From Mobula hypostoma (lineage: Eukaryota), in assembly GCF_963921235.1 (NCBI RefSeq), contig NC_086108.1:31622001-31686000 (forward strand): 64,000 bases of DNA. The letters are read 5' to 3'. The stretch's first letter is position 1, and every line of letters starts with the position of its first letter. Made by a program: the position numbers and the translations under genes. Shown one piece after another: positions 38,493 through 50,344 of this stretch. The notes under the pieces were generated by a model, which searched no databases, was not told where the DNA came from, and saw only the letters and a program-made list of their open reading frames with translations.

Positions 38493-41400
38493 ATAGAAAC
38501 ATAGAAACATAGAAAATAGGTGCAGGAGTAGGCCATTCGGCCCTTCGAGCCTGCACCGCCATTTATTATGATCATGGCTGATCATCCAACTCAGAACCCC
38601 GCCCCAGCTTTCCCTCCATACCCCCTGACCCCCGTAGCCACAAGGGCCATATCTAACTCCCTCTTAAATATAGCCAATGAACTGGCCTCAACTGTTTCCT
38701 GTGGCAGAGAATTCCACAGATTCACCACTCTCTGTGTGAAGAAGTTCTTCCTAATCTCGGTCCTAAAAGGCTTCCCCTTTATCCTCAAACTGTAACCCCT
38801 TGTTCTGGACTTCCCCAACATCGGAAACAACCTTCCTGCATCTAGCCTGTCCAATCCCTTTAGGATTTTATACATTTCAATCAGATCCCCCCTCAATCTT
38901 CTAAATTCCAATGAGTACAAGCCCAGTTCATCCAGTCTTTCTTCATATGAAAGTCCTGCCATCCCAGGAATCAATCTGGTGAACCTTCTTTGTACTCCCT
39001 CTATGGCAAGGATGTCTTTCCTCAGATTAGGGGACCAAAACTGCACACAATACTCCAGGTGTGGTCTCACCTAGGCCTTGTACAACTGCAGTAGTACCTC
39101 CCTGCTCCTGTACTCGAAGTCTCTCGCTATAAATGCCAGCATACCATTCGCCTTTTTCACCGCCTGCTGTACCTGTATGCCCACTTTCAATGACTGGTGT
39201 ATAATGACACCCAGGTCTCGTTGCACCTCCCCTTTTCCTAATCGGCAACCATTCAGATAATAATCTGTTTTCCTATTTTTGCCACCAAAATGGATAACTT
39301 CACATTTATCCACATTAAATTGCATCTGCCATGAATTTGCCCACTCACCCAACCTATCCAAGTCACTCTGCATCCTCTTAGCATCCTCCTCACAGCTAAC
39401 ACTGCCACCCAGCTTTGTGTCATCCGCAAACTTGGAGATGCTGCATTTAATTCCCTCATCCAAGTTTGCACACTAATCTCCTGTGTGGGACCTTGTCAAA
39501 GGCCTTTTGAAAATCCAAATATACAACATCCACTGGTTCTCCCCTATCCACTCTATTAGTTACATCCTCAAAAAATCCTATGAGATTCGTCAGACATGAT
39601 TTTCCTTTCACAAATCCATGCTGACTTTGTCCGATGATTTCACTGCTTTCCAAATGTGCTGTTATCACATCTTTGATAACTGACTCCAGCAGTTTCCCCA
39701 CCACCGACGTTAGGCTAACCGGTCTATAATTCCTCGGTTTCCCTCTCCCTCCTTTTTTAAAAAGTGGGGTTACGTTAGCCACCCTCCAATCCTCAAGAAC
39801 TAGTCCAGAATCTAACGAGTTTTGAAAAATTATCACTAATGCATCCACTATTTCTTGGGCTACTTCCTTAAGCACTCTAGGATGCAGACCATCTGGCCCT
39901 GGAGATTTATCTGCCTTCAATCCCTTCAATTTACCTAACACCACTTCCCTACTAACATGTATTTCGCTCAGTTCCTCCATCTCACTGGACCCTCTGTCCC
40001 CTACTATTTCTGGAAGATTATTTATGTCCTCCTTAGTGAAGACAGAACCAAAGTAATTATTCAATTGGTCTGCCATGTCCTTGCTCCCCATAATCAATTC
40101 ACCTGATTCTGTCTGTAGGGGACCTACATTTGTCTTTACCAGTCTTTTCCTTTTTACATATCTATAAAAGCTTTTTCAGTCAGTTTATATGTTCCATGCC
40201 AGTTTTCTCTCATAATTTTTTTCCCCTTCCTAATTAAGCCCTTTGTCCTCCTCTGCTGAACTCTCCCAGTCCTCAGGTGAGCCACTTTCTCTGGCTAATT
40301 TGTATGCTTCTTCTTTGGAATTGATACTATCCCTAATTTCCCTTGTCAGCCACAGGTGCACTACCTTCCTTGATTTATTTTTTTGCCAAACTGGGATGAA
40401 AAATTGTAGTTCATCCATGCAACCTTTAAATGCTTGCCATTGCATATCCACCGTCAATCCTTTAAGTGTCATTTGCCAGTCTATCTTAGCTAATTCACGT
40501 CTCATACCTTCAAAAATACCCCTCTTTAAGTTCAGAACCTTTGCTTCTGAATTAACTATGTCACTCTCCATCTTAATGAAGAATTCCACCATATTATGGT
40601 CACTCTTACCCAAGGGGCCTCTCACGACTAGATTGCTAATTAACCCTTCCTCATTGCTCAATACCCAGTCTAGAATAGCCTGCTCTCTAGTTGGTTCCTC
40701 GACATGTTGGTTCAAAAAACCATCCCTCATACATTCCAAGAAATCCTCTTCCTCAGGACCTTTACCAATTTGGTTCACCCAATCTACATGTAGATTGAAG
40801 TCACCCATTATAACTGCTGTTCCTTTATTGCACACATTTCTAATTTCCTGTTTAATACCATCTCCGACCTCACTACTACAGTTAGGTGGCCTGTACACAA
40901 CTCCCACCAGCGTCTTCTGCCCCTTAGTGTTACGCAGCTCTACCCATATCGATTCCACATCTTCCCGGCTTATGTCCTTCCTTTCTATTGCGTTAATCTC
41001 TTCTTTAATCAGCAACGCCACCCCACCTCCCCTTCCTTCATGTCTATCCCTCCTGAATATTGAATATCCCTGAACGTTGAGCTCCCATCCTTGGTCACCC
41101 TGGAGCCATGTCTCTGTGATCCCAACTATATCATAATCATTAATAACAATCTGCACTTTCAATTCATCCACCTTATTACGAATGCTCCTTGCATTGACAC
41201 ACAAAGCCTTCAGGCGCTCTTTTACAACTCTCTTAGCCCTTATACAATTATGTTGAAAAGTGGCCCTTTTTAATGCTTTCCCTGGATTTGTCGGCCTGCC
41301 ACTTTTACTTTTCTCCTTTGTACTTTTTGCTTCTACCCTCACTTTACACCCCTCTGTCTCTCTGCACTGGTTCCCATCCCCCTGTTGTGAACTAACCTCC

Positions 41401-43017
41401 TCACGCCTAGCCTCTTCAATTTGATTCCCACCCCCAAACCATTCTAGTTTAAAGTCACCTCAGTAGCCCTCGCTAATCTCCCTGCCAGAATATTTCTTGG
41501 CTTGGCCGAATATCCCTGCTCAAAATGAACATTCTTCCTCATCTGCTCTACCCAATACAAATGATTCCAGTCATTTTTACCCAACAAATACTTAAAAAAA
41601 CTAAATGACTGGTTTGTTTCTTTCATCTGGAACAAAAAAAGACCCTGTATTAAAATGTCTTTTCCTTTTTACATATCTATAAAAGCTTTTACAGTCAGTT
41701 TTTATGTTCCATGCCAGTTTTCTCTCATAATTTTTTCCCCTTCCTAATTAAGCCCTTTGTCCTCCTCTGCTGAACTTTGAATTTCTCCCAGTCCTCAGGT
41801 GAGCCACTTTCTCTGGCTAATTTGCATGCTTCTTCTTTGGAATTGATTCTATCCCTAATTTCCCTTGTCAGACACGGGTGCACTACCCTCCCTGGTTTAT
41901 TCTTTTGCCAAACTGGGATGAACAATTGTTACAGTTCATCCATGCAATCTTTAAATGCTTGCCATTGCATATCCACCATCAACCCTTTAAGTATCATTTG
42001 CCAATCTGTCTTAGCTAATTCACATCTCATACCTTCAAAGTTACCCTTATTTAAGTTCAGAACCTTTGTTTCGGAATTAACTATATCACTCTCCATCTTA
42101 ATGATGAATTCCACCATATTATGGTCACTCTTACCCAAGGGGCCTCTCACGACTAGATTGCTAATGAACCCTTCCTCATTGCTCGATACCCAGTCTAGAA
42201 TGGCCTGCTCTCTAGTTGGTTCCTCGACATGTTGGTTCAGGAAACCATCCCGCATACATTCCAAGAAATCCTCTTCCTCAGCACCCTTACCAACTTGGTT
42301 CACCCAATCTATATGTAGATTGAAGTCACCCATTATAACTGCTGTTCCTTTATTTCACGCATTTCTAGTTTCCTGTTTAATACCATCCCCAACCTCACTA
42401 CTACTGTTAGGTGGCCTGTACACAACTCCCACCAGCGTTTTCTGCCCCTTAGTGTTATGCAGCTCTACCCATATCGATTCCACATCCTCCCGGCTAATCT
42501 CCTTCCTTTCTATTGCGTTAATCTCCTCTCTAACCAGCAATGCTACCCTACCTACTTTTCTTTCATGTCTATCCCTCCTGAATATTGAATATCCCTGAAT
42601 GTTGAGCTCCTATCCTTGGTCACTCTGGAGCCATGTCTCTGTGATCCCAACTATGTCATATTCATTAATAACAATCTGCACTTTCAATTCATCCACCTTA
42701 TTACAAATGCTCCTTGCATTGACACACAAAGCCTTCAGGCGCTCTTTTACAACTCTCTTAGCCCTTATACAATTATGTTGAAAAGTGGCCCTTTTTAATG
42801 CTTGCCCTGGATTTGTCGGCCTGCCACTTTTACTTTTCTCCTTAGTACTTTTTGCTTCTACCCTCACTTTACACCCCTCTGTCTCTCTGCACTGGTTCCC
42901 ATCCCCCTGTTGTGAACTAACCTCCTCACGCCTAGCCTCTTTAATTTGATTCCCACCCCCCCAACCATTCCAGTTTAAAGTCACCTCAGTAGCCCCCGCT
43001 AATCTCCCTGTCAGGAT
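38493..43017 (-). mobile_element. CR1 inserted in L1 ORF2, partly tandem-duplicated
   Basis: 3' tail (tttctatg)n at 38493; RT ORFs 38591-40097; endonuclease ORF 40230-41342 repeated at 41929-43161; L1 frame LPI|SWLGRISL resumes at about 43018. Confidence 0.93.
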
Positions 43018-43186
43018 ATTTCTTGGCTTGGCCGAATATCCTTGCTCAAAATGAACATTCTTCCTCATCTGCTCTACCCAATACAAATGATTCCAGTCAT
43101 TTTTACCCAACAAATACTTAAAAAAACTAAATGGCTGGTTTGTTTCTTTCATCTGGAACAAAAGAAGACCCTGTATTAAAATGTCT
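40142..43186. repeat. Tandem duplication of about 1.5 kb (40142-41656, 41657-43182)
   Basis: Each unit is CR1 5' part plus about 165 bp of L1; gtct at 40142, 41657 and 43183. Confidence 0.92.
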
Positions 43187-44303
43187 AAGTTACAGCTTCC
43201 CAGTAGTCTAGGGGGGTCTGGATTTTCCAGACATTAAAAAATCTCAGAAGTTCCTTTTTATCTTATGTGGTTGACTGGGTTTGCAGGGCCCCCCCCCTCA
43301 ATTTGACTAGACATTGAAGCTTCACAATCAAAATGGCCTCTTATTAATTTGCTGTTCCTCAATAAGATGAAACCAGTTAAGGAGTATTGTCGCAATCCAA
43401 TAACAATTAATACAGTCAGGGCTTGGAGGGCGGTGCGACAAATTGAGGGCAACACAGTGAAAATATCACCCTTCACTCCAATAACTGGCAGTCCAGATTT
43501 TCAGCCTGGCATAATGGATTCTGGATTTAAACTTTGGATTTCTACGGGTATTTTCCATCTAGGAGATTTGTTTGATGAAAGAATGATGATGTCTTTTAGT
43601 CAAATAGTACAGAAATTTAACATACCCAACAAGGATCTTTTTCGTTTCTTTCAGATAATAGATTATATAGAGAAAAAAACATCATTGTTAACTGATTTCG
43701 ATAGTTCTGACATAGAAAAGAGGGTGTTTTGTTCTAAGGGTGAAGTCTCCATTAGTACTTTTTACGGCATCCTGAGGGAATGTTCTTGTGGAGAGGCTGA
43801 GCAGCTGGGAAAGGTCTGGGAGGAAGAGCTGGGAAGTAGAAATTACAGCTGAAACATGGGAAGACGGAGATTTCTCCAATGTGTTCTAAATGTAAAGTAA
43901 ATACTGGAACTTTCACCCACTGTTTTTGGACTTGTCCCAAACTTCAGGCATACTGGAATGATATTTTGGGTGAAATGCAAAAGATTCTGAAGATGGAGCT
44001 TGAACTGGTCTCAGTGCCTTTTCTCCTAGGCTTCCCAGCAGTCGTATTATTAATGCACATCAGAAAAAACTTTTTAACTTCCTGACTTTTTGTGTGAGGA
44101 AGAACGTTTTACTTTGTTGGATATCCGATAAGGCCCCTGGACTTTTTGGTTGGCGTAAATTAATCATGGAATACATTCCTTTGGACTTTTTTACATTTAT
44201 GGTACACTCAAAAACAAATAGTTTTCATAAAACATGGCAACCTTTTCTGCAGAATGTAGATGTAAACCTGTCTGCTATACTAATAAAGGCTTTTGCATAG
44301 GAT

Positions 44304-44495
44304 CGCAAACACGAGGAAATCCGCAGATGCTGGAAATTCAAGCAACACACACAAAATGCTGGTGGAACGCAGCAGGCCAGGCAGCATCTATAGGAAGAGG
44401 TACAGTCGATGGTTCAGGCGAAATGTCGACTGTACTTTTTCCTATAGATGCTGCCTGGCCTGCTGTGTTCCACCAGCATTTTGCATGTGTTTTCT
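44304..44495. mobile_element. Fold-back (inverted) Penelope terminal-repeat insertion
   Basis: About 58-bp inverted arms 44352-44409 and 44426-44483; 7-bp TSD ataggat (44297-44303, 44496-44502). Confidence 0.9.
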
Positions 44496-44970
44496 ATAGG
44501 ATGTTGTGGTGACGTCTATATTTTGATGGAAGTGTTCTGATATCTGATATCTGTGAGGGGAAGAAATGTTAAAGTAAGTGTATCTGGAAATTGAAAGTTT
44601 TGTTATGCTGAGCAAAAAAAAACACATAAAAATAAAAAATTAAAATGCAGCTCTGAACAATGGCCTTTCATTTGACCACAGATGTATGAATGCAGCCCGG
44701 AGTCAGTCGGAATTAACATTCATTTTGGGTGTCTGGAGTGTTTGAAAACTCTATGTAATTCAAAGAAAGCATTGTAGCTATATTGTAAATATAGAATTGT
44801 CCTACTGTTACCTTTAATCTTTAGCATATAACAATGTCATGTAATATTGGGTTGAGCAGGCGTTTTCTTCCAAGAGTGATGCCAGTTGCTCGTTTTTGCT
44901 GAATAAAACATTTCTATAATCCCAATATCTTCAGTGTCTCTCTGGTGACTTTATTCACAATTACAACATT

Positions 44971-44988
44971 TGGGGGCTCGTCCAGGAT
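44971..44988 (+). promoter_or_regulatory. tRNA-Pro primer-binding site
   Basis: tgggggctcgtccaggat, 17/18 match to canonical PBS-Pro TGGGGGCTCGTCCGGGAT, 2 nt after LTR-terminal CA. Confidence 0.9.
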
Positions 44989-46142
44989 ACATTCATAACC
45001 GATCATGTGGCCTGTGATCTCTGCAGCCTAAGTGGGTGAGTGTTTTTAAAATTAGCACTCACACTTGGATCTGTTCGGGTCAGTCTCAATGGGATCACGA
45101 AGTATCACAAACACGGCGGAGAGCTGAGCTGCTGGGCATCAAAATAATGTGTTTTGTGTGTGAGTGCGCGTGCGCTTGTGTAAGAGATTAGACATTTTTG
45201 TGCTGATTTGGTGAGAGAGAGCTACTGGTTGTGAAGTGTGGCTCCTGACTGTTCAGGACGCCAGTGGAGTGCATGTATACTCGTTCAGGGAACTGTATAG
45301 TAGCAGATGTGTTTGCAAATGCATTTGTGTGTTTTAAGAATAAGTCTGTAACCTTGGTGTAATAGTTTTAAATGCAAAGGAATACAACAGATATTATGAG
45401 TTCAGATGCACATATGTGGTAGATTACAGAGTACATACTGTTAAAGTTTTATCCATCATTTATATTTTGCATATTGTGAGAATTAGTGTGGAGATATTTG
45501 AGGGAGAGGTTATACCCAGATGGCACCAACTAAGATCAGGCAAGGTCAGGTCGAGAACCCTGATGTCACAATCCAGCCCTTGACCTTGATTACAACCATC
45601 CTTAAGCCCTTGACCCCTAGGGAGAAGCAGAGCATTTAGTCAGAACTACCCTCACTTAAGGTCGCCTGTGGGGATGCAGAATTCTGGCACAAGCTTGAGG
45701 AAATGATTGAAATTTACCAAATAAATCCCAAAGGTACACCAGTATACATGTTGATAAAAGCAGATTGCATGAGGAATATGTGGGACAGTATGGCCCAGAG
45801 CATGCAGGATGGTACAGTATCAATAACCGATCTACCCTTGCCCACAAATGCAGAGACAATTTACATTACCAGGGCAGTAGGTGAACCAATGAGGGTGGAA
45901 AGAAGTCAGCCTCAGGTACTTATGATTGAGGGAGTGCAGCTTGCTGTAGATTTTTCAGTGTGCCCAAACAATGAAGGTACTATCCTGGGGATAGACACAC
46001 TCAGTAAGTCAGGTGCTATCATAGACTCAGGAAAAGGAGAAATAACATGGACAAGACAGGGACAACAAACATGCGTGACCCCCAGAGCAGCTAACCTGGC
46101 CCACAGAGAGACAGCTGCCCCAAGCAGGGAGGGGAGACAGGG

Positions 46143-46300
46143 CAAACAAGAGAAAATCTGCAGATGCTGGAAATCCAAAAACACACACAAAATGTTGGAG
46201 GAACTCAGCGGGCCAGGCCACATCTATGGAAAAGACTACAGTCGATATTTCAGGCCGAGACCCTTCAGCCGGACTGGAGGGCTCGAGACCCTTCAGTAGG
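46143..46300 (-). mobile_element. Penelope terminal fragment inserted in the ERV
   Basis: Family tail plus degenerate hammerhead gtccggctgaagggtctcggcctgaaatatcgac on minus. Confidence 0.8.
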
Positions 46301-48355
46301 AGGGATAGGACAATGTGTGGGTATCATGTCAGGAGATCTCAAGGCCAAGGGACATGCACAGCCAGGAGTTGTTAGATGTAGTGCAGCTGTCAGATTAAAC
46401 TGCATGACTCACCTTTTTGTCACCCTCACTGACAGAGCAAGAGATCAAGCGTGCCCCAAATAGTATCGTTGCAGAGAATGTAAGTGTTGAACACCAGCTG
46501 GCTGCATCAGACCTGACCACAGCTTATGGAAGCAGACACACAGCAATTGTGAAGGCAGAGCACACAGAGAGAGCACAACAGCAAGCCGAGAATAGTGTGT
46601 TAAAGTATAATGGCAACTGTACTCTGTAATGAAGGCTGGTTGCTGAAGGCAGATGATAAGTTGTATTACTCATAATAGAAAAAATATTGGGGAAAATAGA
46701 TGGGAAGAGATCCGAGTTACAGCAGAGACATCAGATGCCACAATTTTGATGGCATGCAGATTGACAAAGGGAAGATATTATACAGTGTCTGAAGGCAGTC
46801 ACCCCCAGCCTGAATGAAGAGTGAATACAAATGAGCTGGGCCCTTTCAGTGGTTGGATCAGCAATGGACTGGACAGTCTGGAAAGGTGAGGTCCTTGCAG
46901 TCATTCAGAAAAGAGACAACCCAACCCCTCCTGTCCATTGATGAGAGGGTCAGAGAGAGTAGTCATCAAGATTCTGCCAATCTCTTGTCATAACACTTGT
47001 GTGTGAACGGTTGCTTGTGAGCCCGATACATTTTCCTTGCTGGTGCCCCTGACCAGAGAGTAACCACTGACAGCCACTGCAGAGTTTTAGCTATCAGAGA
47101 ATGAAGAGGTGAAGCTAAAGAATGTGATTAAACTGCAATCGGCCAGCAAGGAATAAGGCAACAGATATACAAATGACAAAGCTGCATTTTAAAGACTGTT
47201 GGTCAAATTTCTCGAACACACTCTGCTTAGAGTCATATGGCTAGACATTAGGGATAATAGCGTAGACATAGATGCACGTAGGGATATGATAGGTAATTAG
47301 GGAAGAGAGTCTGAAATACAGGGTATTTTTGCTGCCCTATTTGATTGGATTCTCCTTAAAATTTGGCCTTTTCTGGAACAAATTCATTTTGTCCAGGAGG
47401 GCCAACAGGAGGAACTGATAAGGCATATTCTAGACTTATGGTATATAGCAAATACTAATTTTAACAGCAGCAACTCTTCAGACCTGAACGTGGAAAGTAC
47501 ATTAAATTTAAAATGCAGCTCTGAACAATGGCCACAGAAGTCTGCATATGCATGAATGCAATCCAGAATCAGTGGAAGTTACAGTTTTACATGCCATCCA
47601 TACAGAACATTTCATCACATCAGTACGTTGAGGTAGTACAAGGGGAATACAATGACCAAACACAGAATATTAAAGTATCAAAGTACATTTATTTTCAAAA
47701 CAATGCATAAATTATACAACCGTGAGGTTTCTTTGCCTATAGGTAGCCACAAAGCAAGAAACCCGAAAGAACCCAATTAAAGAAAAAATATTGAAATAAA
47801 AAACCAGCACCCGGTGTTCAAGAGAAAGGAAAAAGAAACACAAATCATGCAAACAATTGAATCAAATAACAACATTCCAAACCAAATCCTTAGATCCGAA
47901 CCCTGGAGCAGCCCAGAATAGGCCCAAAGCCTCGCTTGTCAGTTGATGATATTAGCGGGCATGGAGCACAGCCCCGGCTCCATGGAGAGAGGAATGACCA
48001 TGGCGGAGAGCGAGCGAAACCGGTTCTCGCCTCTGATCCTGACGTCATGTCTTTTCAGTCTATCGGGGCTGGCAATTACATTGAACAAACAGCAAAACAG
48101 CAAAAGGCTCAGGCACCCCTGGAGAGAGAAGCGAACATCACAGAGAGCAAGCGAAATCGGCTCTCACCTCCAATCTGTATCACAATTGCAGTAAAAGTGT
48201 AGTGCAGTCAGACAATAAGATGCACACCACATTGGGATGGACACTTGCAGAATTCTCGAAGAAGGAAAGAGTAGAAAAACACCTGAGCTTCATTCAACTA
48301 CCTGTGGCTCTCAGACCTGAACACTTAGGCCAAGAACATCACAGTATCATACCAC

Positions 48356-49009
48356 TGAAACTCCGCTGGTTTCCTTGACTGCGTAAGTCACTCTGGTCCG
48401 TCCAAACCCATGAGATTGAGACGGCTCTCCCAACCCAAACCCCAGTTTGTGTGGATGCTGTGGAATTTGCTACCCTGTTGCAACTCAGTGCCAAGAAATA
48501 ACAGACAGCACGCTGCATATGACTAAAGGAATTATATTTATGAATCTGACTTAACTAAAGGGTTAGTAAAGAAAAGAAAGAAATAGCAAAAAGGGTCCAT
48601 TATAATTAAACAGTCAAATGTGCACAAGTTGGATCTCATCTTGAATTTCTCTGTCACTCAGGTGCTGGGCCCTCGGTCAGCATGAAAGCACACACCACCT
48701 TCCCGACGTCGCTCGCAAACCATCTCGAACAAACGGGTCTCCCACCGGCTCACATCCTACCACAGGTTCATCCCAGCGTCTTCTCTCTTCATCTCCCGCC
48801 GAACAAAAGACCCAAGCCTAACCTTAGTGTCCCTCACCAAAAGAAACCTCCCCCCAGTACCACCATCCTAATTCAATGCACACATTCGTCATCATCCCTT
48901 ATCTTCAACAATAACCCAAACGGGCTGAAAGCAGAACAGACTGCTCTTACTGAACCGCTAAATGAAATACCTACAGTGCAACAGTAAAGATGTGAACCAG
49001 GGCATTACG
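48356..49009. mobile_element. Probable solo LTR
   Basis: Begins TG, ends attacg (CA with one change); 4-bp direct repeat ccac on both sides; AATAAA-like signal not confirmed. Confidence 0.55.
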
Positions 49010-50344
49010 CCACGAAAGAGATTTTCAAATAAATCACTGCCTTTATGTTCTTCGCTGTTCCAGCAAGTTGAACTCCTACAAGTGGGGCAGATGAATTACA
49101 GTAAAGCACCGCTGAAACAGAGAGATGTACATCTGGAAGTGGCTCTCCTGGGATTAGAGGACTGTGGGGAGAGCAAGTGTGGTAAGGAGGATGGGGGTTG
49201 TTTGGTTGCTTGTTGTGTTCTGTCTTGTTCTGCCAGCATTGTAGGCACAACACGTTAACAGCGGTACGTGTGGCAACATTTGCAGGCTGCCCCCAGCAAG
49301 TGTTGGCTGTCTACGCAAACAATGCATTTCACTGTATGCTTCAAGGTCCATGTGATATATAAATGAATCTGAAACTGAAGTGTTACATTGATGCAGGTGA
49401 TCTCTGCTAAAGATGGAGCAAGTCTGTAGGGCAAATCACTTGATCACGGCTATATCTGAGCTTGTTCCAGGGCAGACCTCAGGTACTAAAGGATGAAGTC
49501 CAAGCAACAGCTGTCAAAGAAAGAGAACATGAGTGAGTTCAGAACTAGAACCAAGACAGCTCAAAGCTTGAAAAGAGATCCAGAATACTGTAAAGTACCA
49601 GACATTGCACATTAAATGGGGAAAAAAATTCCTATATTACATGTTACAATGCTGCTTTAAAAAAAGGGACAGAATGTGACATCCCTTTAGGCTGTTGCCT
49701 TTGTATGTGTGTGCATGCTTACAATCTAGTCTGGTAGCATGTGGAGTGCCTGCTTCTCAGGCACTGTAGCTGCCAGCATATCATAACGTTAACACATGCA
49801 AATAGCGAGTGCGTTTTTTAAACTTAAATCGGGCTCCATTTGTTGCACCTCAGTGCGTTCTGAAGGCTGTACTGTCTGTAATGGCCATCAACTTGCAAAT
49901 GATTGAGAGAGCATGGAGGGATTGAGAGTACTAATGTTCCACAGATTAACTGAGAGTGCTCAGTAAGGTAAACAAGTTAGTTATGCTTCTTTAAATTACT
50001 TAACATTTTCATTTTTTCCATTAGCTTTATTTTTTAAGTTTAATTTTAATTCATTTACTTCAATTGAGAAGTTTCAGATGTGTCTGAATGTCAGATATAT
50101 TTAAAAGGTATTAAAATCAGTGACAGCTTCAAGAGAAACTCAGCTCCTGCTCCAGACTTACTTGACGGCAGTGATGAAGGCCTGGCATCAGGGTATGGGG
50201 TCGATTAGCTCAGAATTACTCTGAACTGGTCCTTCTGATCTAACCCAGGGTCATAGGAGCTTGTGTGGACCACGGAGGGGGCAGAATCCCAGGACAGGCC
50301 ACGTCTGAATTGATCTAGCCCATTGCAGTATTTGGTGACCCTGT

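Larger units (their letters stand above)
35811..44639 (+). mobile_element. L1-clade LINE, 5'-truncated, ORF2 interrupted
   Basis: APE endonuclease (36085-37215: TWNIKG, LQETH, GDFN, RIDF, SDH), RT (SLDAEKAFD, QGCPLSP, YADD), CCHC CSKC...HCFWTC, A-rich tail; 16-bp TSD ttaaaatgcagYtctg (35795-35810, 44640-44655). Confidence 0.93.
35703..47580 (+). mobile_element. Endogenous retrovirus remnant (tRNA-Pro PBS), heavily deleted, 5' LTR split by L1
   Basis: 5' LTR 35703-35810 plus 44656-44968 (ends CA); PBS 44971-44988; protease-like ILGIDTL in ORF 45703; purine tract 47407-47415; 3' LTR from 47416 homologous to 5' LTR. Confidence 0.75.

Noticed and set aside
42610..43161. Novel chimeric protein ORF (also 41444-41635)
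   Set aside because: The frame begins in antisense L1 sequence and runs into CR1 across an insertion junction; accidental
40142..43186. Pure assembly artefact
   Set aside because: The units differ by many substitutions and small indels and have a microhomology junction; a haplotype mis-join is unlikely, though not excluded without reads
45703..46299. Intact 198-aa protease gene
   Set aside because: No catalytic D(T/S)G motif is visible, and the C-terminal third is read through an inserted Penelope fragment
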